Origin: Bugula neritina
Lineage: Eukaryota; Animalia; Bryozoa
NCBI GenBank assembly: GCA_964035545.1
Contig: OZ037768.1
Coordinates: 15,137,675 to 15,201,674, forward strand
Direction of reading: 5' to 3'
DNA: 64,000 nucleotides
Position numbers and translations under genes: made by a program. This document shows positions 1 through 15,200 of the stretch, piece by piece (the first letter of the stretch is position 1; every line of letters starts with the position of its first letter). The notes under the pieces are model-generated. The model searched no databases and was not told where the DNA came from. It worked only from the letters and a program-made list of their open reading frames with translations.

Positions 1-352
1 CTGTGACACATTGAAGTATACTGCAACATACTGAAATACACCGTAACATACTGAAATACACTGCAACATGCTGAAATACACTGTAACATAATGAAATACA
101 CTGCAACACACTGAAATATACTGAAACATACCGAAATATATGGTAACCTACTGAAATATGTTGCAAACCACTAAAACATACTGCATCATCCTGCAACAAA
201 ATGAAATACACTGTAACATTTTGTAATACACTGCAACACACTGAAATATACTGAAACATACCGAAATATATGGTAACCTACTGAAATATGTTGCAAACCA
301 CTAAAACATACTGCATCATCCTGCAACAAAATGAAATATACGGTAACACTGA
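1..352 (+). repeat. Block duplicated at ~3827-4178 (offset 3826), containing an internal 130-bp tandem duplication
   Basis: CTGTGACACATTGAAGTATA...CAACATGCTG...TAACATAATG occurs at 1 and at 3827. Both copies carry the GGTAACC...CTAAAACATACTGCATCATCC module twice, 130 bp apart (TGGTAACC at 141/271 and 3967/4097). Confidence 0.85.
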
Positions 353-3300
353 AGCATACTGCAATATACTGAAATATACTGTAACATACTAAGACATACT
401 GCAACATACCAAAAATATGGTAACCTACTGAAATATGTTACAAACTACTGAAACATACTGCAACATACTGCAACATAATGAAATATACTGCAAAATACTG
501 AAAGATACTGCAACATACTGAAATACACTATAGAATACCCAAATATACTGCAACATACTGAAATATACTGCAAGATACTGCAAAATACTGGAATACATTG
601 TAAGATACCTAAATACACTGCAACATACTGCAACATACTGCAACATATTGAAATACACTGTAACATATTGAAAAACACTGCAACACATTGAAATATACAG
701 CAACATACCGAAGTATATGGTAGCCTACTGAAAAATACTGCAACATACTGAAATACACTGTAACGTACTGAAGTATACTGCAACATACTGAAATACACTG
801 TAACATATAAAAATACACTGCAACACACTGAAATATACTGAAACATACCAAAAATATATGGTAACCCACTGAAATCTGTTGCAAACCACTGAAATATACT
901 GCAACATACTGCAACATAATGAATAATACTGCAACATACTGAAATACACTGTAACATACTGAAATACGCTGTAACATATTGAAATACACTGCGACATACT
1001 GCAACATACTGAAAAACGCTGTAACATATTGAAATACACTGCAACACATTGAAATATTCCGCAACATACCGAAATATATGGTAACCTAATGATGTATACT
1101 GTAACACGTTGAAGTACACTGCAACGTACTGAAATACACTGCAACACACTAAATTATACTGTAATTTACAGAAATGTACTGCAACATACTGAAATATACT
1201 GCAAGATACTGCAACATACTGAAATACACTGTAACATACTGAAATACACTGCAACATACTGAAATATACTGCATGATACTGCAATATACTGGAACACATT
1301 GTAAGATACTGAAATGCACTGCAACATACTGAAATATACTGCATGATACTGCAACATACTCATACACATTGTAAGATACTGAAATACACTGCAACATACC
1401 GCAACATACTGCAACGTATTGAAATACACTGTAACATATTGAAAAACACTGCAACACATTGAAATATACTGCAACATACTAAAACATACGGCAACATACT
1501 GAAATATACTGCGACACATTGAAATATAGTGCAACATACTGAAATATGCTGTAGCATACTGAAATACACTGCAAAACACTGAAGTAAACTGTAATATACA
1601 GAAACGTACTGTAACATACTGAAACATACGGCAACATACTAAAATATACTGCGACACATTGAAATATACTGCAACATACTGAAATACACCGTAACATACT
1701 GAAATACACTGCAACATACTGAAATACGCCGTAACATACTGAAATACACTGCAACATACTGAAATACACTGTAACAAATTGAAATACACTGCAACACACT
1801 GAAATATGCTGAAACATACCGAAATATATGGTAACCTACTGAAATATGTTGCAAACCACTGAAACATACTGCATCATCTTGCAACAAAATGAAATATACG
1901 GTAACGCTGAAGCATACTGCAATATACTGAAATATACTGTAACATACTAAGACATATTGCAACATACCGAAATATATGGTAACCTACTGAAATATGTTGC
2001 AAACGACTGAAATATACTGCAACATACTGCAACATAATGAAATATACTGCAACATACTGAAAGATACTGCAACATACTGAAATACACTATAGAATACCCA
2101 AAAATACTGCAACATACTGAAATATACTGCAAGATACTGCAAAATACTGAAATACATTGTAAGATACCTAAATACACTGCAACATACTGCAACATACTGC
2201 AACATATTGAAATACACTGTAACATATTGAAAAACACTGCAACACATTGAAATATACCGCAACATACCCAAGTATATGGTAGCCTACTGAAATATACTGC
2301 GACATACTGAAATACACTGTAACGTACTGAAATACACTGCAACATACTGAAATACACTGTAACATATTAAATTACACTGCAACACACTGAAATATACTGA
2401 AACATACTGAAATATATGGTAACCCACTGAAATCTGTTGCAAACCACGGAAATATACTGCAACATACTGCAACATAATGAATAATACTGCAACATACTGA
2501 AATATACTGCAAGATACTGCAGCATACTGATACACATTGTAAGATACTGAATTACACTGCAACATACTGAAATATACTGCAAGATACTGCAACATACTGA
2601 AACACATTGTAAGATACTGAAATACACTGCAACATACCGCAACATACTGCAACGTATTGAAATACACTGTAACATGTTGAAAAACACTGCAACACATTGA
2701 AATATACTGCAACATACTAAAACATACGGCAACATACTGAAATATACTGCGACACATTGAAATATAGTGCAACATACTGAAATATGCTGTAGCATACTGA
2801 AATACACTGCAATACACTGAGGTATACTGTAATATACAGATTCGTACTGTAACATACTGAAAAATACGGCAACATACTAAAATATACTGCGACACATTGA
2901 AATATACTGCAACATACTGAAATACACCGTAACATACTAAACCCCACTGCGAAATTCTGGAATACACTGTAACACATTGAAATACACTGCAACACAGGGA
3001 ATTATACTGAAATACATTGCAAGATACGGAAACACACTGCAACATACTGCAACATAATGAAATATATGGTAACCTACTGAAATATGTTGAAAACTACTGA
3101 AATATACTGCAACATTATGCAACATAATGAAAGATACTGCAATATACTGAAATAAACTGCAAGATACTGCAACATACTGAAATACACTGTAACATACTGA
3201 AATACACTGTAACATATTGAAATACACTGCGACATACTGCAACATACTGAAAAACGCTGTAACATATTGAAATACACTGCAACACATTGAAATATTCCGC

Positions 3301-4629
3301 AACATACCGAAATATATGGTAAGCTAATGAGATATACTGTAACACGTTGAAGTACACTGCAACATACTGAAATACACTGCAACACACTAAATTATACTGT
3401 AGTTTACAGAACTGTACTGCAACATACTGAAATATACTGCAAGATACTGCAACATACTGAAATACACTGTAACATACTGAAATACACTGCAACATACTGA
3501 AATATACTGCATGGTACTGCAACATACTGATACACATTGTAAGATACTGAAATGCACTGCAACATACCGAAATATACTGCATGATACTGCAACATACCCA
3601 TACACATTGTAGGATACTGAAATACACTGCAACACATTGAAACATACTGCAACATACTGAAACATACGGCAACATACTGAAATATACTGCGACACATTGA
3701 AATATAGTGCAACATACTGAAATATGCTGTAGCATACTGAAATACACTGCAATACACTGAAGTATACTGTAATATACAGAAACGTACTGTAACATACTGA
3801 AACATACGGCAACTTACTACAATATACTGTGACACATTGAAGTATACTGCAACATACTGAAATACACCGTAACATACTGAAATACACTGCAACATGCTGA
3901 AATACACTGTAACATAATGAAATACACTGCAACACACTGAAATATACTGAAACATACCGAAATATATGGTAACCTACTGAAATATGTTGCAAACCACTAA
4001 AACATACTGCATCATCCTGCAACAAAATGAAATACACTGTAACATATTGTAATACACTGCAACACACTGAAATATACTGAAACATACCGAAATATATGGT
4101 AACCTACTGAAATATGTTGCAAACCACTAAAACATACTGCATCATCCTGCAACAAAATGAAATATACGGTAACACTGAAGTACACTGCAACATACTGAAA
4201 TACACTGCAACACACTAAATTATACTGTAATTTACAGAAATGTACTGCAACATACTGAAGTATACTGCAAGATACTGCAACATACTGAAATACACTGTAA
4301 CATACTGAAATACACTGCAACATACTGAAATATACTGCATGATACTGCAACATACTGATACACATTGTAAGATACTGAAATGCACTGCAACATACTAAAA
4401 TATACTGCATGATACTGCAACATACTCATACACATTGTAAGATACTGAAATACACTGCAACATACCGCAACATACTGCAACGTATTGAAATACACTGTAA
4501 CATATTGAAAAACACTGCAACACATTGAAATATACTGCAACATACTAAAACATACGGCAACATACTGAAATATACTGCGACACATTGAAATATAGTGCAA
4601 CATACTGAAATATGCTGTAGCATACTGAA

Positions 4630-7600
4630 ATACACTGCAATACACTGAAGTATACTGTAACAAATTGAAATACACTGCAACACACTGAAATATACTGAAA
4701 CATACCGATATATATGGTAACCTACTGAAATATGTTGCAAACCACTGAAACATACTGTATCATCCTGCAACATAATAAAATATACGGTAACATACTGAAA
4801 GATACTGCAACATACTGAAATACACTATGGAATACCGAAATATACTGCAACATACTGAAATATACTGCAAGATACTGCAAAATACTGAAATACATTGTAA
4901 GATACCTAAATACACTGCAACATACTGCAACATACTGCAACATATTGAAATACACTGTAACATATTGAAAAACACTGCAACACATTGAAATATACCGCAA
5001 CATACCGAAGTATATGGTAGCCTACTGAAATATACTGCGACATACTGAAATACACTGTAACATACTGAAATACACTGCAACATACTGAAATACACTGTAA
5101 CATATTAAAATACACTGCAACACACTGAAATATACTGAAACATACCGAAATATATGGTAACCCACTGAAATATGTTGCAAACCACTGAAATATACTGCAA
5201 CATACTGCAACATAATGAAGTATACTGCAACATACTGAAATATACTGCAAGATACTGCAACATACTGATACACATTGCAAGATACTGAAATACACTGCAA
5301 CACATTGAAATACACTGCAACACACTGAAGTATACTGTAATATACAGAAATGTACTGTAAAATACTGAAATATACTTCATTATCCTGAAAAATGCCTAAA
5401 AACATTGAAACATACTGATATAAACTGAAACATACTGAAATACACTGCAACACATTGGAATATACTGCAACATACCGAAATATATGGTAACCTACTGTAG
5501 TATGTTGCAAACTACTGAAATATACTGCAACATACTGCAACATATTGAAGTATTCTGCAACATACTGAAAAACGCTGTAACATATTGAAATACACTGCAA
5601 CACATTGAAATATTCCGCAACATACCGAAATATATGGTAACCTAATGAGATATACTGTAACACGTTGAAGTACACTGCAACATACTGAAATACACTGCAA
5701 CACACTAAATTATACTGTAATTTACAGAAATGTACTGCAACATACTGAAACATACGGCAACATACTGAAATATACTGCGACACATTGAAATATAGTGCAA
5801 CATACTGAAATATGCTGTAGCATCCTGAAATACATTGCAATACACTGAAGTATACTGTAATATACAGAAACGTACTGTAACATGCTGAAACATACGGCAA
5901 CATACTAAGACATACTGCAACATACCGAAAAATATGGTAACCTACTGAAATATGTTACAAACTACTGAAACATACTGCAACATATTATAGCAACATAATG
6001 AAATATACTGCAACGTACTGAAATATACTGCAAGATACTGCAAAATACTGAAATACATTGTAAGATACCTAAATACACTGCAACATACTGCAACATACTG
6101 CAACATATTGAAATACACTGTAACATATTGAAAAACACTGCAACACATTGAAATATACCGCAACATACCGAAATATATGGTAGCCTACTGAAATATACTG
6201 CGACATACTGAAATACACTGTAACGTACTGAAATACAGTGCAACATACTGAAATACACTGTAACGTATTAAAATACACTGCAACACACTGAAATATACTG
6301 AAACATACCAAAATATATGGTAACCCACTGAAATATGTTGCAAACCACTGAAATATACTGCAACATACTGCAACATAATGAAATATACTGCAACATACTG
6401 AAATATACTGCAAGATACTGCAACATGAAATATTCCGCAACATACCGAAATATATGATAACCTAATGAGATATACTGTAACACGTTGAAGTACACTGCAA
6501 CATACTGAAATACACTGCAACACACTAAATTATACTGTAATTCACAGAAATGTACTGCAACATACTGAAATATACTGCAAGATACTGCAACATACTGAAA
6601 TACACTGTAACATACTGAAATACACTGCAACATACTGAAATATACTGCATGATACTGCAACATACTGATACACATTGTAAGATGCTGAAATGCACTGCAA
6701 CATAGTGAAATATACTGCATGATACTGCAACATACTCATACACATTGTAAGATACTGAAATACACTGCAACCTACCGCAACATACTGCAACGTATTGAAA
6801 TACACTGTAACATATTGAAAAACACTGCAACACATTGAAATATACTGCAACATACTAAAACATACGGCAACATACTGAAATATACTGCGACATATTGAAA
6901 TATAATGCAACATACTGAAATATGCTGTAGCATACTGACATACACCGCAATACACTGAAGTATACTGTAATATACAGAAACGTACTGTAACATACTGAAA
7001 CATACGTCAACATACTAAAATATACTGCGACACATTGAAATATACTGCAACATACTGAAATACACCGTAACATACTAAACTCCACTGCAACATTCTGAAA
7101 TACACTGTAACACATTGAAATACACTGCAACACAGTGAAATATACTGAAATACATTGTGAGATACGGAAACACGCTGCAACCTACTGCAAAATAATGAAA
7201 TATATGGTAACCTACTGAAATATGTTGAAAACTACTGAAATATACTGCAAAATTATGCAACATAATGAAAGATACTGCAATATACTGAAATAAACTGCAA
7301 GATACTGCAACATACTGAAATACACTGTAACATACTGAAATACACTGTAACAGATTGAAATACACTGCGACATACTGCAACATACTGAAAAACGCTGTAA
7401 AATATTGAAATACACTGCAACACATTGAAATATTCCGCAACATACCGAAATATATGGTAACCTAATGAGATATACTGTAACACGTTGAAGTACACTGCAA
7501 CATACTGAAATACACTGCAACACACTAAATTATACTGTAATTTACAGAAATGTACTGCAACATACTGGAATATACTGCAAGATACTGCAACATACTGAAA

Positions 7601-7890
7601 TACACTGTAACATACTGCAATACACTGCAACATACTGAAATATAGTGCATGATACTGCAACATACTGATACACATTGTAAGATACTGAAATGCACTGCAA
7701 CATACTGAAATATACTGCATGATACTGCAACATACTCATACACATTGTAAGATACTGAAATACACTGCAACATACCGCAACATACTGCAACGTATTGAAA
7801 TACACTGTAACATATTGAAAAACACTGCAACACATTGAAATATACTGCAACATACTGAAACATACGGCAACATACTGAATTATACTGCGA
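4630..7890 (+). repeat. ~3.2-kb block present in three near-identical copies (also ~10670-13890 and ~15120-18380)
   Basis: Matching ORF-track entries at offsets 6038 and 10488 (4906/10944/15394; 7212/13250/17700). Shared private variants include GAAAAATGCCT, TACTGTAGTA, TATGATAACC, the +3/-3 indel pair and TACTGGAATA (7563/13601/18051). Confidence 0.9.
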
Positions 7891-9299
7891 CACATTGAAA
7901 TATAGTGCAACATACTGAAATATGCTGTAGCATACTGAAATACACTGCAATACACTGAAGTATACTGTAATATACAGAAACGTACTGTAACATACCGAAA
8001 CATACGGCAAGATACTAAAATATACTGCGACACATTGAAATATACTGCAACATACTGAAATACACCGTAATATACTGAAATACACTGCAACATACTGAAA
8101 TACACTGTAACATATTGAAATACACTGCAACACACTGAAATATCCTGAAACATACCGATATATATGGTAACCTACTGAAATATGTTGCAAACCACTGAAA
8201 CATACTGCATCATCCTGCAACAAAATGAAATATACGGTAACACTGAAGCATACTGCAATATACTGAAATATACTGTAACATACTAAGACATACTGCAACA
8301 TACCGAAAAATATGGTAACCTACTGAAATATGTTACAAACTACTGAAACATACTGCAACATACTGCAACATAATGAAAAACGCTGTAACATATTGAAAAA
8401 CACTGCAACACATTGAAATATACCGCAACATACCGAAATGTATGGTAACCTACTGAAATATGCTGTAACACATTGAAATATCCTGCAACACATTGAAATA
8501 TACTGCAACATACCGAAATATATGGTAACCTACTGAAATATGTTGCAAACGCCTAAAATATACTGCAACATACTGCAACATATTGAAGTATACTGCAACA
8601 TACTAAAATATACTGCAAGATACTGCAACATACTGATTTACACCGTAACATACTAAACTCCACTGCAACATTCTGAAATACACTGTAACACATTGAAATA
8701 CACTGCAACACAGTGAATTATACTGAAAGACATTGTGAGATACGGAAACACACTGCAACATACTGCAAAATAATGAAATATATGGTAACCTACTGAAATA
8801 TGTTGAAAACTACTGAAATATACTGCAACATTATGCAACATAATGAAAGATACTGCAATATACTGAACTAAACTGCAAGATACTGCAACATACTGAAATA
8901 CACTGTAACATACTGAAATACACTGTAACGGATTGAAATACACTGCGACATACTGCAACATACTGAAAAACGCTGTAACATATTGAAATACACTGCAACA
9001 CATTGAAATATTCCGCAACATACCGAAATATATGTTAACCTAATGAGATATACTGTAACACGTTGAAGTACACTGCAACATACTGAAATACACTGCAACA
9101 CACTAAATTATACTGTAATTCACAGAAATGTACTGCAACATACTGAAATATACTGCAAGATACTGCAACATACTGAAATACACTGTAACATACTGAAATA
9201 CACTGCAACATACTGAAATATACTGCATGATACTGCAACATACTGATACACATTGTAAGATGCTGAATTGCACTGCAACATAGTGAAATATACTGCATG

Positions 9300-12200
9300 A
9301 TACTGCAACATACTCATACACATTGTAAGATACTGAAATACACTGCAACATACCGCAACATACTGCAACGTATTGGAATACACTGTAACATATTGAAAAA
9401 CACTGCAACACATTGAAATATACTGCAACATACTAAAACATACGGCAACATACTGAAATATACTGCGACATATTGAAATATAACGCAACATACTGAAATA
9501 TGCTGTAGCATACTGAAATACACTGCAATACACTGAACTATACTGTAATATACAGAAACGTACTGTAACATACTGAAACATACGTCAACATACTAAAATA
9601 TACTGCGACACATTGAAATATACTGCAACATACTGAAATACACCGTAACATACTAAACTCCACTGCAACATTCTGAAATACACTGTAACACATTGAAATA
9701 CACTGCAACACAGTGAATTATACTGAAATACATTGTGAGATACGAAAACACGCTGCAACATACTGCAAAATAATGAAATATATGGTAACCTACTGAAATA
9801 TGTTGAAAACTACTGAATTATACTGCAAAATTATGCAACATAATGAAAGATACTGCAATATACTGAAATAAACTGCAAGATACTGCAACATACTGAAATA
9901 CACTGTAACATACTGAAATACACTGTAACAGATTGAAATACACTGCGACATACTGCAACATACTGAAAAACGCTGTAACATATTGAAATACACTGCAACA
10001 CATTGAAATATTCCGCAACATACCGAAATATATGGTAACCTAATGAGATATACTGTAACACGTTGAAGTACACTGCAACATACTGAAATACACTGCAACA
10101 CACTAAATTATACTGTAATTCACAGAAATGTACTGCAACATACTGAAATATACTGCAAGATACTGCAACATACTGAAATACACTGTAACATACTGAAATA
10201 CACAGCAACATACTGAAATATACTGCATGATACTGCAACATACTGATACACATTGTAAGATACTGAAATGCACTGCAACATAGTGAAATATACTGCATGA
10301 TACTGCAACATACTCATACACATTGTAAGATACTGAAATACACTGCAACATACCGCAACATACTGCAACGTATTGAAATACACTGTAACATATTGAAAAA
10401 CACTGCAACACATTGAAATATACTGCAACATACTGAAACATACGGCAACATACTGAAATATACTGCGACACATTGAAATATAGTGCAACATACTGAAATA
10501 TGCTGTAGCATACTGAAATACACTGCAATACACTGAAGTAAACTGTAATATACAGAAACGTACTGTAACATACTGAAACATACGGCAACATACTGAAATA
10601 TACTGCGACACATTGAAATATAGTGCAACATACTGAAATATGCTGTAGCATACTGAAATACACTGCAATACACTGAAGTATACTGTAACAAATTGAAATA
10701 CACTGCAACACACTGAAATATACTGAAACATACCGATATATATGGTAACCTACTGAAATATGTTGCAAACCACTGAAACATACTGTATCATCCTGCAACA
10801 TAATGAAATATACGGTAACATACTGAAAGATACTGCAACATACTGAAATACACTATGGAATACCGAAATATACTGCAACATACTGAAATATACTGCAAGA
10901 TACTGCAAGATACTGCAAAATACTGAAATACATTGTAAGATACCTAAATACACTGCAACATACTGCAACATACTGCAACATATTGAAATACACTGTAACA
11001 TATTGAAAAACACTGCAACACATTGAAATATACCGCAACATACCGAAGTATATGGTAGCCTACTGAAATATACTGCGACATACTGAAATACACTGTTAAA
11101 TACTGAAATACACTGCAACATACTGAAATACACTGTAACATATTAAAATACACTGCAACACACTGAAATATACTGAAACATACCGAAATATATGGTAACC
11201 CACTGAAATATGTTGCAAACCACTGAAATATACTGCAACATACTGCAACATAATGAAGTATACTGCAACATACTGAAATATACTGCAAGATACTGCAACA
11301 TACTGATACACATTGCAAGATACTGAAATACACTGCAACACATTGAAATACACTGCAACACACTGAAGTATACTGTAATATACAGAAATGTACTGTAAAA
11401 TACTGAAATATACTTCATTATCCTGAAAAATGCCTAAAAACATTGAAACATACTGATATAAACTGAAACATACTGAATTACACTGCAACACATTGGAATA
11501 TACTGCAACATACCGAAATATATGGTAACCTACTGTAGTATGTTGCAAACTACTGAAATATACTGCAACATACTGCAACATATTGAAGTATTCTGCAACA
11601 TACTGAAAAACGCTGTAACATATTGAAATACACTGCAACACATTGAAATATTCCGCAACATACCGAAATATATGGTAACCTAATGAGATATACTGTAACA
11701 CGTTGAAGTACACTGCAACATACTGAAATACACTGCAACACACTAAATTATACTGTAATTTACAGAAATGTACTGCAACATACTGAAACATACGGCAACA
11801 TACTGAAATATACTGCGACACATTGAAATATAGTGCAACATACTGAAATATGCTGTAGCATCCTGAAATACATTGCAATACACTGAAGTATACTGTAATA
11901 TACAGAAACGTACTGTAACATGCTGAAACATACGGCAACATACTAAGACATACTGCAACATACCGAAAAATATGGTAACCTACTGAAATATGTTACAAAC
12001 TACTGAAACATACTGCAACATATTATAGCAACATAATGAAATATACTGCAACGTACTGAAATATACTGCAAGATACTGCAAAATACTGAAATACATTGTA
12101 AGATACCTAAATACACTGCAACATACTGCAACATACTGCAACATATTGAAATACACTGTAACATATTGAAAAACACTGCAACACATTGAAATATACCGCA

Positions 12201-15200
12201 ACATACCGAAGTATATGGTAGCCTACTGAAATATACTGCGACATACTGAAATACACTGTAACGTACTGAAATACAGTGCAACATACTGAAATACACTGTA
12301 ACGTATTAAAATACACTGCAACACACTGAAATATACTGAAACATACCAAAATATATGGTAACCCACTGAAATATGTTGCAAACCACTGAAATACACTGCA
12401 ACCTACTGCAACATAATGAAATATACTGCAACATACTGAAATATACTGCAAGATACTGCAACATGAAATATTCCGCAACATACCGAAATATATGATAACC
12501 TAATGAGATATACTGTAACACGTTGAAGTACACTGCAACATACTGAAATACACTGCAACACACTAAATTATACTGTAATTCACAGAAATGTACTGCAACA
12601 TACCGAAATATACTGCAAGATACTGCAACATACTGAAATACACTGTAACATACTGAAATACACTGCAACATACTGAAATATACTGCATGATACTGCAACA
12701 TACTGATACACATTGTAAGATGCTGAAATGCACTGCAACATAGTGAAATATACTGCATGATACTGCAACATACTCATACACATTGTAAGATACTGAAATA
12801 CACTGCAACCTACCGCAACATACTGCAACAGATTGAAATACACTGTAACATATTGAAAAACACTGCAACACATTGAAATATACTGCAACATACTAAAACA
12901 TACGGCAACATACTGAAATATACTGCGACATATTGAAATATAATGCAACATACTGAAATATGCTGTAGCATACTGACATACACCGCAATACACTGAAGTA
13001 TACTGTAATATACAGAAATGTACTGTAACATACTGAAACATACGTCAACATACTAAAATATACTGCGACACATTGAAATATACTGCAACATACTAAAATA
13101 CACCGTAACATACTAAACTCCACTGCAACATTCTGAAATACACTGTAACACATTGAAATACACTGCAACACAGTGAATTATACTGAAATACATTGTGAGA
13201 TACGGAAACACGCTGCAACCTACTGCAAAATAATGAAATATATGGTAACCTACTGAAATATGTTGAAAACTACTGAAATATACTGCAAAATTATGCAACA
13301 TAATGAAAGATACTGCAATATACTGAAATAAACTGCAAGATACTGCAACATACTGAAATACACTGTAACATACTGAAATACACTGTAACAGATTGAAATA
13401 CACTGCGACATACTGCAACATACTGAAAAACGCTGTAAAATATTGAAATACACTGCAACACATTGAAATAATCCGCAACATACCGAAATATATGGTAACC
13501 TAATGAGATATACTGTAACACGTTGAAGTACACTGCAACATACTGAAATACACTGCAACACACTAAATTATACTGTAATTTACAGAAATGTACTGCAACA
13601 TACTGGAATATACTGCAAGATACTGCAACATACTGAAATACACTGTAACATACTGCAATACACTGCAACATACTGAAATATACTGCATGATACTGCAACA
13701 TACTGATACACATTGTAAGATACTGAAATGCACTGCAACATACTGAAATATACTGCATGATACTGCAACATACTCATACACATTGTAAGATACTGAAATA
13801 CACTGCAACATACCGCAACATACTGCAACGTATTGAAATACACTGTAACATATTGAAAAACACTGCAACACATTGAAATATACTGCAACATACTAAAACA
13901 TACGGCAACATACTGAAATATACTGCGACATATTGAAATATAACGCAACATACTGAAATATGCTGTAGCATACTGAAATACACTGCAATACACTGAACTA
14001 TACTGTAATATACAGAAACGTACTGTAACATACTGAAACATACGTCAACATACTAAAATATACTGCGACACATTGAAATATACTGCAACATACTGAAATA
14101 CACCGTAACATACTAAACTCCACTGCAACATTCTGAAATACACTGTAACACATTGAAATACACTGCAACACAGTGAATTATACTGAAATACATTGTGAGA
14201 TACAAAAACACGCTGCAACATACTGCAAAATAATGAAATATATGGTAACCTACTGAAATATGTTGAAAACTACTGAATTATACTGCAAAATTATGCAACA
14301 TAATGAAAGATACTGCAATATACTGAAATAAACTGCAAGATACTGCAACATACTGAAATACACTGTAACATACTGAAATACACTGTAACAGATTGAAATA
14401 CACTGCGACATACTGCAACATACTGAAAAACGCTGTAACATATTGAAATACACTGCAACACATTGAAATATTCCGCAACATACCGAAATATATGGTAACC
14501 TAATGAGATATACTGTAACACGTTGAAGTACACTGCAACATACTGAAATACACTGCAACACACTAAATTATACTGTAATTCACAGAAATGTACTGCAACA
14601 TACTGAAATATACTGCAAGATACTGCAACATACTGAAATACACTGTAACATACTGAAATACACAGCAACATACTGAAATATACTGCATGATACTGCAACA
14701 TACTGATACACATTGTAAGATACTGAAATGCACTGCAACATAGTGAAATATACTGCATGATACTGCAACATACTCATACACATTGTAAGATACTGAAATA
14801 CACTGCAACATACCGCAACATACTGCAACGTATTGAAATACACTGTAACATATTGAAAAACACTGCAACACATTGAAATATACTGCAACATACTGAAACA
14901 TACGGCAACATACTGAAATATACTGCGACACATTGAAATATAGTGCAACATACTGAAATATGCTGTAGCATACTGAAATACACTGCAATACACTGAAGTA
15001 AACTGTAATATACAGAAACGTACTGTAACATACTGAAACATACGGCAACATACTGAAATATACTGCGACACATTGAAATATAGTGCAACATACTGAAATA
15101 TGCTGTAGCATACTGAAATACACTGCAATACACTGAAGTATACTGTAACAAATTGAAATACACTGCAACACACTGAAATATACTGAAACATACCGATATA

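Noticed and set aside
1159-1180. TACA-GAAA-TGTA GNRA-type hairpin as a structured ncRNA, ribozyme or terminator
   Set aside because: The stem is only 4 bp, with no U-tract and no recognisable hammerhead or other ribozyme core around it. It is kept only as part of the dyad-symmetry observation.
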